Shown here in pieces: positions 1-8,398 of a stretch of DNA of 64,000 bases (position 1 is the stretch's first letter; each line of letters begins with the position of its first letter). Under the pieces are notes generated by a model, which was given only the letters and a program-made list of their open reading frames with translations, ran no database searches and was not told the DNA's origin. The DNA lies in the IMG/VR virus record IMGVR_UViG_3300008262_000042, positions 803 through 64,802 of that record. One strand, 5' to 3'. The translations under genes were made by a program, and so were the position numbers. The stretch comes from a virus (lineage: Duplodnaviria; Heunggongvirae; Uroviricota; Caudoviricetes).

Positions 1-81
1 TGGGTTGGTATTGTGAATACTCTATATCCATCTTTTGTTTTGTCAATAGTAATACCATCAATAATGTATTTGTTGTCAATA

Positions 82-297
82 TTATTCATATTCAATTTCA
101 AATGTATCAGGATTAATATATTTTATTTTTTTACCACCAGTTAAATCAACAATCTTATCATCAGGTATTCTATTTTTAATGATAATATCTTTTAACTCCT
201 GTGGCATATCAGGATTATTTAGTATTTCATCACGTAGCTCTTCGTGTTTACGTGCTAATTCGGTTCCTTGCTCTATTAGTTTGTCTATTCTATTCAT
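82..297 (-). CDS. hypothetical protein (71 aa, acidic)
   Basis: ORF-track ORF on the minus strand, packed with neighbours; no recognisable motif. Confidence 0.35.
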   Translation of the reverse strand: MNRIDKLIEQGTELARKHEELRDEILNNPDMPQELKDIIIKNRIPDDKIVDLTGGKKIKYINPDTFEIEYE

Positions 298-422
298 TGA
301 TGATTTCTTTTAATCGTATAATTTCAGCAATCACGTCATCGCCTAATTCAATTTTAGACATTACGATTAAGTCCACAATTTGCTGTTCATATAGCTCAAG
401 TAGAGCATCTTTTGCTTGTTCT

Positions 423-800
423 TTATTCATAACTTTCTATTGTTTTATCGTTGTATACTATTGTGATTAGTTTGGTTGGTATTTTAAAAGGAGTGTTGTC
501 TACATTAGTTGGAACCATCATATCAGCTAAAGGACCATATTGTTCTTTCCAAATAGGAAGTGCTATTTTATGTCTCTCTTCCAAACTCAACTCACGTTCT
601 TCAATCTTTAATCCCCATTCTTCAGAGAACTTATTATCTGTTTTGATTTTGTTGATGAATAAACCTTGAGTCATTATCTCATCACTATTTGCTTTAGTAC
701 CAATAAATCCACCACCTACACCTGAAATCGGAAACCACTCTGACGTAAATAAATAATTCTTATACGACTCATCCAACAATTCTAATTGTTCGTTATTCAT
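423..800 (-). CDS. hypothetical protein, paralog family member A (125 aa)
   Basis: Paralogous to ORF 1371..1736. Shares N-terminus MNxEQxELLDE, core FSEEWGLKIEERELS and C-terminus IPTKLITxxYxDKTIESYE. About 50 nt at the 3' end is near-identical at nucleotide level. Confidence 0.5.
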   Translation of the reverse strand: MNNEQLELLDESYKNYLFTSEWFPISGVGGGFIGTKANSDEIMTQGLFINKIKTDNKFSEEWGLKIEERELSLEERHKIALPIWKEQYGPLADMMVPTNVDNTPFKIPTKLITIVYNDKTIESYE

Positions 801-1378
801 AACTTAATATTTTTAATAATATTATTGGCTCTCTTTAAATCAAACTCACATTTTTCTTTATATCTTTCTAATCTATCAAAGGTATATGCTTTTGTTGGTT
901 CGTCAGTTATTATATTTTCATTTGTTGTTGGGTACCCATCGTGTAATGTCCAATTATCTTGGTGAATATAAATCGGATTTAATTTACTGTGAGATGGTCT
1001 TATTAAGACAATTGTACCCCCATCTCTAAGAGTCGTTACATTATCAAATGACCATAATGTACCGCCGTTTTTAAGATATTCTTTAATATGTTTTTCTTTT
1101 TCAAACTCTTCAACCTTAGGGAATATAAGTTTTGCTAATTGGATTGGTGTGTAATTTATACGATCATATCCCATTGTAATGATTTCAAATTCAACCTCCA
1201 AACCCTCTTCAAGTGGTTTATATTTAACTTCACCATCTTCTAAATACTTGATTACATTACTATCAGAAGATAGTTCTGTGTACATCCAATGTGTTCCATG
1301 TGCGAATGAATGTAAATCTGACCATTTTACCATCCAAATACTGTCATCATTTCTTGTTAATATTCCTTTATTATTCAT
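797..1378 (-). CDS. hypothetical protein (193 aa)
   Basis: Long minus-strand ORF lying between the two paralogs; start overlaps the upstream stop. Confidence 0.45.
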   Translation of the reverse strand: MNNKGILTRNDDSIWMVKWSDLHSFAHGTHWMYTELSSDSNVIKYLEDGEVKYKPLEEGLEVEFEIITMGYDRINYTPIQLAKLIFPKVEEFEKEKHIKEYLKNGGTLWSFDNVTTLRDGGTIVLIRPSHSKLNPIYIHQDNWTLHDGYPTTNENIITDEPTKAYTFDRLERYKEKCEFDLKRANNIIKNIKL

Positions 1379-1736
1379 AACTTTCTATTGTTTTATCTTT
1401 GTAGGTTACTGTGATTAGTTTGGTTGGTATGTTATTTCTTTTCATCCATTCCTCTCTTGCTTTCGGTATTAGAGCATCCATTCCATACGGTTGAATTAGG
1501 GCAACTCTTTCCTCTTTACTCAATTCTCGTTCTTCAATCTTTAATCCCCATTCTTCAGAAAACTCTGTATCGGTTTTACATTTGTTAATAAATTCTTCTT
1601 TAGTCAACCAATAAGTAACATCATAATTTAATCCACCAATTTTACCTACCAATAGTCCATTTTCGTACTTAAATCCATTTTGTGACATACAAGACATATA
1701 CGCCTCATCCAACAATTCTTGTTGTTCTTTATTCAT
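1371..1736 (-). CDS. hypothetical protein, paralog family member A' (121 aa)
   Basis: Paralog of 423..800 (same conserved N-terminus, core and C-terminus). Confidence 0.5.
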   Translation of the reverse strand: MNKEQQELLDEAYMSCMSQNGFKYENGLLVGKIGGLNYDVTYWLTKEEFINKCKTDTEFSEEWGLKIEERELSKEERVALIQPYGMDALIPKAREEWMKRNNIPTKLITVTYKDKTIESYE

Positions 1737-1751
1737 GACCTCTCCATTTAA

Positions 1752-2027
1752 TTACTTGTACTTATAGTAAAACGAAAATCCTTTTTCTATAATGTAATAA
1801 TTAGAACCACTTAACCTTCTAACTGTATTATCTTCGCAATCGCATAGTGTGTAATACCTGATATTTCCAGATCTGTCACCTACCGCGTCGTGAGTTACAA
1901 CTGTACATACAATTCGCTCTTCTACTATTTCAAATGCGGTGTAAGCTATTATTATAAAAATAGCACTTACCGCAATAAGTACTATTGCAAATTTCCACTC
2001 TTTTAATGTACTTATAAATTTATTCAT
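1752..2027 (-). CDS. small membrane protein (91 aa)
   Basis: One hydrophobic transmembrane segment (FAIVLIAVSAIFIIIAY) followed by a Cys-containing tail. Confidence 0.4.
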   Translation of the reverse strand: MNKFISTLKEWKFAIVLIAVSAIFIIIAYTAFEIVEERIVCTVVTHDAVGDRSGNIRYYTLCDCEDNTVRRLSGSNYYIIEKGFSFYYKYK

Positions 2028-2050
2028 AACCTTCTATTATTTTGTTTTTA

Positions 2051-2695
2051 CTATTGTACAATAGTTTGAAATACGTACCTACTATATTTTCTATCGTCAA
2101 TTGTAATTACGATAAAATTTATACCTATAGTAAGATAAGATCTTAGATCTATCTCATGTCTACTACTAATACGGATCTTCTGATTAAATAGATTTCGACC
2201 TGTCATATTATATACTTCAACTCTTTGAACATTTACAGAGTTTCCAAAATCGCTCTTTAATATAGTACCTACTAGTTTAACTTCGTATATGTTGTTGCCA
2301 AATGGTATTCTAACGTAGTTACCTTGTACTAAGTTTAATACAGGTGAAATAAAATTAACTTCCAACCATCCCATATCAGGATTTGTAAAGTTAGGACATG
2401 AAGTCTCTGCTTTTGCTCTAAACAATACTGTAGTAGCAGTAGGTCTTGTTACTTTAATTACTACGCATCCATTAGCAGGTACTTGAATATCTATGGCAGG
2501 ATCTTGATCTGCTTTTGTTCTAATTCTCGCTTCACAATTTTGTTTATTGCATATCTCAGCAACATGCTCTCCATTAAAATACCCTTTGTATAGTACTTTA
2601 ATAACATTGTTTTCGAAGTGTTGTCCTCCATTTTGAGATTTTGTTGTTAGGTTAATAGTTAATAGTGTTAATAGGGTTACGATTACTTTTTTCAT
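2051..2695 (-). CDS. secreted protein with N-terminal signal peptide, possible T9SS C-terminal sorting domain
   Basis: MKKVIVTLLTLLTINLTT signal-like N-terminus; C-terminal ~70 aa beta-rich with a Gly/aromatic pattern resembling Por/T9SS sorting domains. Confidence 0.45.
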   Translation of the reverse strand: MKKVIVTLLTLLTINLTTKSQNGGQHFENNVIKVLYKGYFNGEHVAEICNKQNCEARIRTKADQDPAIDIQVPANGCVVIKVTRPTATTVLFRAKAETSCPNFTNPDMGWLEVNFISPVLNLVQGNYVRIPFGNNIYEVKLVGTILKSDFGNSVNVQRVEVYNMTGRNLFNQKIRISSRHEIDLRSYLTIGINFIVITIDDRKYSRYVFQTIVQ

Positions 2696-2717
2696 TTTAT
2701 TTATTATATTTTGTTTT

Positions 2718-2840
2718 TTACAAATGGTGTTTACCGCATTTCAAACTACCTCGATTTGCGGCTTGATGCGGAGTTAATGTTCTTTGGCATGATGCGAATA
2801 ATGCTGCTACTGTTAAAAGTACAAATAATTTTTTAAACAT
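2718..2840 (-). CDS. small lipoprotein (40 aa), not in the ORF track
   Basis: Hand translation of the minus strand gives MFKKLFVLLTVAALFASCQRTLTPHQAANRGSLKCGKHHL. It has a signal peptide plus lipobox-like FASC. It sits in the otherwise unexplained 147-nt gap upstream of the 548-aa secreted protein. Confidence 0.3.
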   Translation of the reverse strand: MFKKLFVLLTVAALFASCQRTLTPHQAANRGSLKCGKHHL

Positions 2841-2842
2841 GT

Positions 2843-4489
2843 TTAATTTGTTTTTAAGTGTTTGAATGAATATACATTAACTAGTCCGTTTCTATTAGTG
2901 AGTGTTACACGAATTAGGTTAACTCCTATTGAAGCAGATTGATTTATATTTACAGTATTGTAATTACTAATTTTTAATTTATTAGTGTATAATAATCTTC
3001 CAAGGGCATCAAACATTTCTATCTTTTGATCATAGGCTTTAGAGTCTGGAAGTTGGGTTATAATATCTCCGTTTGATGTTAGTCTAATATCTAAATTTGT
3101 TATAGGTCTATTAAATACAACATACTTCATTTCTTCTAAAGGAAGTTGACTATTGTAACTATTTCCCCATATCCAGAATTTAGATGCAGCTCCTCCATCT
3201 CCATCTACAACTAGATAATATGTCTTACCAATTTCTGAGGTGAAGCAGTGTTGTTGATTAAATTGTGTACCTGCTGTTGTACTATAAATTGCATTTCTTG
3301 GACAAGAGGTTAATGTCCATCTATTATCGTTACCATTTGCGGGTGTTGGACCTGTACATGGGTTATTATCATTATCCCTATTTGCATCAGTTACAACTAC
3401 ACTTTGTAATGTTATATTAGTGCCAGATATGCCACTTATAGTTAAGCATGTCCAGTTATCAGTTGCAGTATACTTTATCCAAACATCATTGTTATTTGCA
3501 CCATTCCATTGACACGTGGCTCCACTTATTGTTCCAAATCCATTTGTATTAGGTCCACTTAAAGAACCTGGCATTTGTGTACTTCCTGTCATTCCAGATG
3601 TAGTAGCGCATATAGGTGACTTACCATCCCATATAATTGGATTTGAACAGTTATCTCCAGTTGTGCCTTGATTAATTACATTAGGATCTCCAAAAGTTAA
3701 CGCTATTCTTTCAACACACGGTGGTGATGTAGTTGTTTCACTAAATATAACCTTCCATGTTCCATCTGCATTTATCCCATTATAAAGTGAATATACAGTA
3801 CCAACTCCATTAAATTGAGCATTGAAATATCCATTATTACCGCTCGTTAATAGTGGTGCACCTGTTAATAAATCATTAGATGTATTAGGATTATTTAAAC
3901 AAGTTGTAGATGATACTAGACTACCATTCGCATTGTTTAAACTAATTGGTGTGGGTAGATTTGCTTTAAAGCTTTTACGTGCATATGATAATACAGTATA
4001 CGAGAAGATAGTTGCATTAGATGCTAATTTATTATCAGTTGAACAAAACGTACGAGGAGCATTACCACAACCATTTCCGAATATCTCATCTCCGCCTCCA
4101 CTATCCCAAGCACTAACTATATATTTAACTGTAGTTCCAGCGGGTTGTGTAGGTATTGTTGCGAACACCGCATCTACTACTGGCGATCCAAAGTTATGAT
4201 CAAATACGGCTGATAGTACTTGTGTAGTTCCTAATCCTACTCCAAAAGCACCAGATGGGTTCGAACCATCTGTTGTATAATAGATTCTTGCTTGATTCCA
4301 AAAGAATTGGAACTCTATTTTGAATCCAATCTTAACTGATTGAGTTCTATCGGGAGTAAATACATCTCGAAACTTTAAGGTTCCTGTACCGATTGTGTTT
4401 GTAGATGCTTCATGATAAACATAGTTTGCTTCTGCAAAACAACTAAGTGTTAATAAAATAGTTGTAATAAATGTTAATAACCTCTTCAT
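2843..4489 (-). CDS. large secreted Asn/Gly/Thr-rich protein with T9SS-type C-terminal sorting domain (548 aa)
   Basis: Signal peptide MKRLLTFITTILLTLSCFAEA. C-terminus ...GRLLYTNKLKISNYNTVNINQSASIGVNLIRVTLTNRNGLVNVYSFK fits the Bacteroidota Por-secretion sorting-domain pattern. Confidence 0.5.
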   Translation of the reverse strand: MKRLLTFITTILLTLSCFAEANYVYHEASTNTIGTGTLKFRDVFTPDRTQSVKIGFKIEFQFFWNQARIYYTTDGSNPSGAFGVGLGTTQVLSAVFDHNFGSPVVDAVFATIPTQPAGTTVKYIVSAWDSGGGDEIFGNGCGNAPRTFCSTDNKLASNATIFSYTVLSYARKSFKANLPTPISLNNANGSLVSSTTCLNNPNTSNDLLTGAPLLTSGNNGYFNAQFNGVGTVYSLYNGINADGTWKVIFSETTTSPPCVERIALTFGDPNVINQGTTGDNCSNPIIWDGKSPICATTSGMTGSTQMPGSLSGPNTNGFGTISGATCQWNGANNNDVWIKYTATDNWTCLTISGISGTNITLQSVVVTDANRDNDNNPCTGPTPANGNDNRWTLTSCPRNAIYSTTAGTQFNQQHCFTSEIGKTYYLVVDGDGGAASKFWIWGNSYNSQLPLEEMKYVVFNRPITNLDIRLTSNGDIITQLPDSKAYDQKIEMFDALGRLLYTNKLKISNYNTVNINQSASIGVNLIRVTLTNRNGLVNVYSFKHLKTN

Positions 4490-4517
4490 AATTATGGGGT
4501 CTTTTTTGATTTAATAA

Positions 4518-4772
4518 TTAATACTTTTTTGCGATGTCAATAATCTTATCTATTTCTTCTGAAGATAAGCGATAGTAAATAGTTGCTAGTTTATTTATGG
4601 ATTCTTGGAAAAGTTGATGATCATATCCGTGTCCTTGAATTTCAAATTGAGGTGTACATAGACCATCTTCAATAAAAAGCTCTATCATTTCTTGTTTGTC
4701 GTGCTTCGTCATACTTTCATAGAATTCATACACGGCAATGTCTATGTCTGTTGAATGATCAAATGTTGGCAT
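4518..4772 (-). CDS. hypothetical protein (84 aa)
   Basis: Minus-strand ORF, no motif. Confidence 0.35.
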   Translation of the reverse strand: MPTFDHSTDIDIAVYEFYESMTKHDKQEMIELFIEDGLCTPQFEIQGHGYDHQLFQESINKLATIYYRLSSEEIDKIIDIAKKY

Positions 4773-4775
4773 ATT

Positions 4776-5015
4776 TTATGTTTTATTTATTGTGATTAAT
4801 ATTCCAGCTCGGCCGATTGCTAGTTCATAATTATTGAATCTATTGTCATGTACCCAACCGTAATCTTTGAATTTAAAAATAATAACTTCGCGATCTAAGT
4901 ACGTCGCGTGTATAGCGTTTGTTGCATAATCTATACAAAGATTAGACAAATGACCTAATTTCCATGAATCTTTAAATTCAGGTTCTAATTCTTCAGGAGA
5001 TATTATTAATAACAT
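4776..5015 (-). CDS. hypothetical protein (79 aa)
   Basis: Minus-strand ORF, no motif. Confidence 0.35.
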   Translation of the reverse strand: MLLIISPEELEPEFKDSWKLGHLSNLCIDYATNAIHATYLDREVIIFKFKDYGWVHDNRFNNYELAIGRAGILITINKT

Positions 5016-5124
5016 TTACAATACATATTAGAAATGTTTGTTCCAATACTGAACAGGTACCTCTTTTGCTATTTTTGTTTTTAGTTTTAAATACTTTACT
5101 AACAGTTTTTTACACTTTTTCTTT

Positions 5125-5481
5125 TTACTCTTTTTCATGTTTTATATGATTTAATAGTTTATTTCCTGTTTCACTTAGTTTATACACTATCTCTCCATCT
5201 TCATCTACAGATACATCTACCATATCCTTATCTACAAGTCCACTAAGTATTTCAGCAGAGAATTGTAATCCAGCTTGATCAAATATTCTATCATACTCCT
5301 CTTCAGTCATATAATATGATGGTCTTTTACCTTTTAGGTAATCTTCGTAAAAGATCTCGCAGTTGCTTTTTATTTCATCAATCCAAATTTCCAATAATCT
5401 AGAATCCATTTTGTCTGCTGGATCTTGCGTTAATTCTGTTTCATAAATTGTGTTTATGATCTCTTTTAAATACTCATGCAT
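5125..5481 (-). CDS. hypothetical acidic protein (118 aa)
   Basis: Minus-strand ORF; overlaps the start of the next gene by 8 nt. Confidence 0.4.
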   Translation of the reverse strand: MHEYLKEIINTIYETELTQDPADKMDSRLLEIWIDEIKSNCEIFYEDYLKGKRPSYYMTEEEYDRIFDQAGLQFSAEILSGLVDKDMVDVSVDEDGEIVYKLSETGNKLLNHIKHEKE

Positions 5482-5836
5482 TTGTTTTTATTTTATTTTT
5501 TATTGCTACGATATGTTTACAATCTCGACCTCTACCAAAACCATGAGCAGGACATGAGCAAGTCCAAAAAGACCCGCTTTGTACGATTTCATATTTATTT
5601 CCTTTGCTACCATCAACATTGTATCTTATGACTTCGTTTTTTATAGCAATTGGTATAGTCTTTTGTTCTGACTTTATCCACATTTTTTTTAATTCTTCCC
5701 AATCATATCGTCTAGATACCTCGTTCCAAATGCCATCTGCGATAATGTACCAGCGTTTTGTATACTGTCCAAATACGCAAACCGGTGGATATAAGCAAGT
5801 GAAACTTTTTGGGTGATCATTCATTTTTACAAACAT
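5474..5836 (-). CDS. SWIM zinc-finger protein (120 aa)
   Basis: C-terminal TCSCPAHGFGRGRDCKHI matches the SWIM CxCxnCxH signature. Confidence 0.55.
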   Translation of the reverse strand: MFVKMNDHPKSFTCLYPPVCVFGQYTKRWYIIADGIWNEVSRRYDWEELKKMWIKSEQKTIPIAIKNEVIRYNVDGSKGNKYEIVQSGSFWTCSCPAHGFGRGRDCKHIVAIKNKIKTNA

Positions 5837-6254
5837 TTTGTAAATTTATATAAATTAATTGATATGGTAAAATATTTACTCACTTTTTTTAAAAATTGTG
5901 TATTGGAAACCAATAAGTTATAACTGATTGATAACCAATACATATTCTCCAAACACATTAAAAGCTCATGGGTAGCTTAAAATATCTCATACTAGTTTAT
6001 ATTAGCTAAGATAAAATAGGCTACCCATGAGCTCCAAAATCATCATATGACTGTTTTTGCTTCATAGCATCTAATACTTTTTTCTATTTTCAATTCGAGT
6101 ATTAAGACTTTTGTACAAAGCGAACATTAAAATAAGTGTGACTGTTAAGACAAAAAAGAATTTCATGATACTAAGTATGAGGTTTTTAGAAAGAGGAGAG
6201 ATAAACTCTCCTCAATCCCATCAAAATTAACACACAGCCTTTGGACTGTTCATA
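5837..6254. promoter_or_regulatory. large intergenic regulatory region with palindromic motifs and a 14-bp perfect inverted repeat
   Basis: 418-nt gap. It contains TTTTTTTAAAAATTGT, TTGGAAACCAATAA, TTGATAACCAA, the arms agctcatgggtagc (5963-5976) and gctacccatgagct (6020-6033), and a terminator hairpin. Confidence 0.5.
6181..6213 (-). terminator. rho-independent terminator-like hairpin
   Basis: 8-bp GC-rich stem gaggagag/ctctcctc (6193-6200 / 6206-6213) with loop ataaa. On the minus strand it is followed by TTTCTAAAAACC. It lies 40 nt downstream of the 6255..6608 gene end. Confidence 0.5.
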
Positions 6255-6608
6255 TTAAGCATCTTTTTCTAAAGACGCTAATTCGTCTTTCAAGAAGTTA
6301 ACCTTTGCTTTATGAGATTCCAAAGCTTCTTCAGCTTCAGTAACTCTGTTTTTTGCAGAAATTAAGTTCTTTACATATTGATCTCTGTTTTCGATCTTTT
6401 GACCGTTATTTACTCTTGAAGATAATTGGGTTTCGAGAGCATCTTGCAATTTATCTTCGAAATTAACAGTATCGCCTTCGAGTGAATTGATTTGCGATTT
6501 AAGAGCTGATACTGCTTGTCTGTAGGCTTTTTGTGCTGTTACTTCAGCATCATCGCCTTTTAATAATGCTACGAATCCTTTGATAAACGAGTTTGTAATC
6601 TTTGACAT
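6255..6608 (-). CDS. coiled-coil protein (117 aa)
   Basis: Heptad-rich, Ala/Glu/Lys/Gln-rich sequence; followed by a terminator hairpin. Confidence 0.4.
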   Translation of the reverse strand: MSKITNSFIKGFVALLKGDDAEVTAQKAYRQAVSALKSQINSLEGDTVNFEDKLQDALETQLSSRVNNGQKIENRDQYVKNLISAKNRVTEAEEALESHKAKVNFLKDELASLEKDA

Positions 6609-6621
6609 AATTTTTGTTTTT

Positions 6622-8070
6622 TTAAAGTTTAAATTTTAATACCTTTGATTTTTGTTTGATTTCTAGTTTTACGGAAGAAACTACATTTAATTCTGTGTTA
6701 ATTTGTTTTTTTGTTTTTATGTGTATTAATTCTGATGATGTGTTATTGGGCTTCGAGATATAGTACTTATGCGCGTCAATCCGTGGGTATCGTGTATCAG
6801 TAGCCGTAATTACATCTGATCCTGAATATGCAGATTCCTCACATGTAGACATGTCGATGAAAGGAACCCATATCGGCATGCTGATGGAAGGATCCCATGT
6901 CAGTGGACGCTGTTTTACAAATTCTCCTGGTTTAAACCACCATGTGCTACCAGCTGAGAATGTTCCGCCGTCAGTTTCACTACTTTTAGATAGTTCAATT
7001 TGATAAGGTGTTGATTGATCGCTTTTCCCAATTTGTCTTATAATTCCTTTTTGAGGAAGAGGAATTGTAGCAAAGTGCCAACTTGTAATAGTTACTACAT
7101 CACCTACTTTATACTCTTGTTCAACGGATTGCTCTTTAGAAGTATTTACAGTTTCAGTATTAGAAGGTTCTGCAGGAGCAATACATTCTATAGGCATAGA
7201 TCTTCCTCTAAAATATGTTTCTTGTGTACACCTATACCATCCATCGTTAATTTCACCAATTTGGTAAACATATCCTATTACACCAGTTAGTGAACGTCCA
7301 TCCTTACTTGTTAAACTTACTATTTTTACCCAATCTCCTACTTTAGGCACCCACTCTTTTTTAGTTTCTTCTTCTTTAGTAACATCTAAAATTTTACCCC
7401 ATTTTCCTTTATACCAAATGTATCTATTACCTCCATTAATAGCATCATTACAAGACCAATAAGGTACTGTAGTACATTCTCCATCAGCAGTTCCATCAAG
7501 AGCAGAACAATAATTAGTTCCTATAGGGTATCTTTTAATAGCCATTTTAAGCAACTCGGTCTCATAATACTCTATAAAACCTTCTGCTCTTATCCACGTA
7601 TTTGATGAACCTTTAACATATAAAGCATATACACCATCTTTAAGTTCAATTTTAGATAGTTTTCTATTACCATATGCATGACCCGTACTTTTTTCCCAAC
7701 CAACTTTAGGATCGTCCCATCTATTTTCACCATGGGTTTGCCAAGAATTAATAATATCACATTCATATTCCATTTTAGGATCTATGCCAAAATCATGGAA
7801 TGTTTTAGTTTTTGGAATGTCAGGGGGAAATAGAGATACCAGCATTGATTTAGAAAAAGCTTCAGCTTCTTCTAATGTTTCGAACCACTTGATTGTTCCT
7901 TCTTTTATGTTTCTTTCACAAGCAAGATAGGTAGTATTATCATAGCGTATTTTACCATGATCAATTACCATCGCAATACATCCTGCATCAAATTTACGGA
8001 TACCTATTGCAGATGAACACATAGATACTACGTAAGTACCTGGTCTCCGCTCTTTACTTAAAGATTCCAT
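6622..8070 (-). CDS. hypothetical protein with tandem SH3/KOW-like repeats (482 aa)
   Basis: Internal repeats KVGDWVKIVSLTSKDGRSLTGVIGYV and KVGDVVTITSWHFATIP; N-terminal Cys-containing domain of unknown function. Confidence 0.4.
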   Translation of the reverse strand: MESLSKERRPGTYVVSMCSSAIGIRKFDAGCIAMVIDHGKIRYDNTTYLACERNIKEGTIKWFETLEEAEAFSKSMLVSLFPPDIPKTKTFHDFGIDPKMEYECDIINSWQTHGENRWDDPKVGWEKSTGHAYGNRKLSKIELKDGVYALYVKGSSNTWIRAEGFIEYYETELLKMAIKRYPIGTNYCSALDGTADGECTTVPYWSCNDAINGGNRYIWYKGKWGKILDVTKEEETKKEWVPKVGDWVKIVSLTSKDGRSLTGVIGYVYQIGEINDGWYRCTQETYFRGRSMPIECIAPAEPSNTETVNTSKEQSVEQEYKVGDVVTITSWHFATIPLPQKGIIRQIGKSDQSTPYQIELSKSSETDGGTFSAGSTWWFKPGEFVKQRPLTWDPSISMPIWVPFIDMSTCEESAYSGSDVITATDTRYPRIDAHKYYISKPNNTSSELIHIKTKKQINTELNVVSSVKLEIKQKSKVLKFKL

Positions 8071-8091
8071 AACTATTTTTTATTTGTTTGT

Positions 8092-8355
8092 TTATAACTT
8101 ACTTTCTAATAAAGACTTAAACGCAGTTTTCGATTGTATGCCTGATTGTCGATGAATCTCTAATCCATTTTTATATAATATGACTGTAGGTACGCTCGTA
8201 ATTTTTAATGAAGATACTTCATCGACATTTACATCAACATCTATTTGTTGTAATTGTACATTACTTCCGTAACTAGAACATACTTCATTAACAATGGGTT
8301 TAAAAGCTCTACAAGGGCCACACCATGCTGCTGTTACATATTTTACTAATATCAT
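8092..8355 (-). CDS. thioredoxin
   Basis: WCGPC active-site motif (AAWCGPCRAF) in an 87-aa thioredoxin-sized protein. Confidence 0.85.
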   Translation of the reverse strand: MILVKYVTAAWCGPCRAFKPIVNEVCSSYGSNVQLQQIDVDVNVDEVSSLKITSVPTVILYKNGLEIHRQSGIQSKTAFKSLLESKL

Positions 8356-8359
8356 ATTT

Positions 8360-8392
8360 TTAGATTTAAAAGAAAGCCCAATTAAGGGCTTT
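8360..8392 (-). terminator. terminator-like hairpin
   Basis: Stem aaagccc/gggcttt (8373-8379 / 8386-8392) with loop aattaa. It lies immediately downstream (minus sense) of the 8399..9373 stop, followed by a T-rich stretch. Confidence 0.4.
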
Positions 8393-8398
8393 TAGTTA

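Noticed and set aside
5837-6254. tRNA gene in the large intergenic region
   Set aside because: No segment could be folded by eye into a cloverleaf with conserved T-loop (GTTCRANYC) or D-loop features. The long inverted repeat has a 43-nt spacer, not tRNA geometry.
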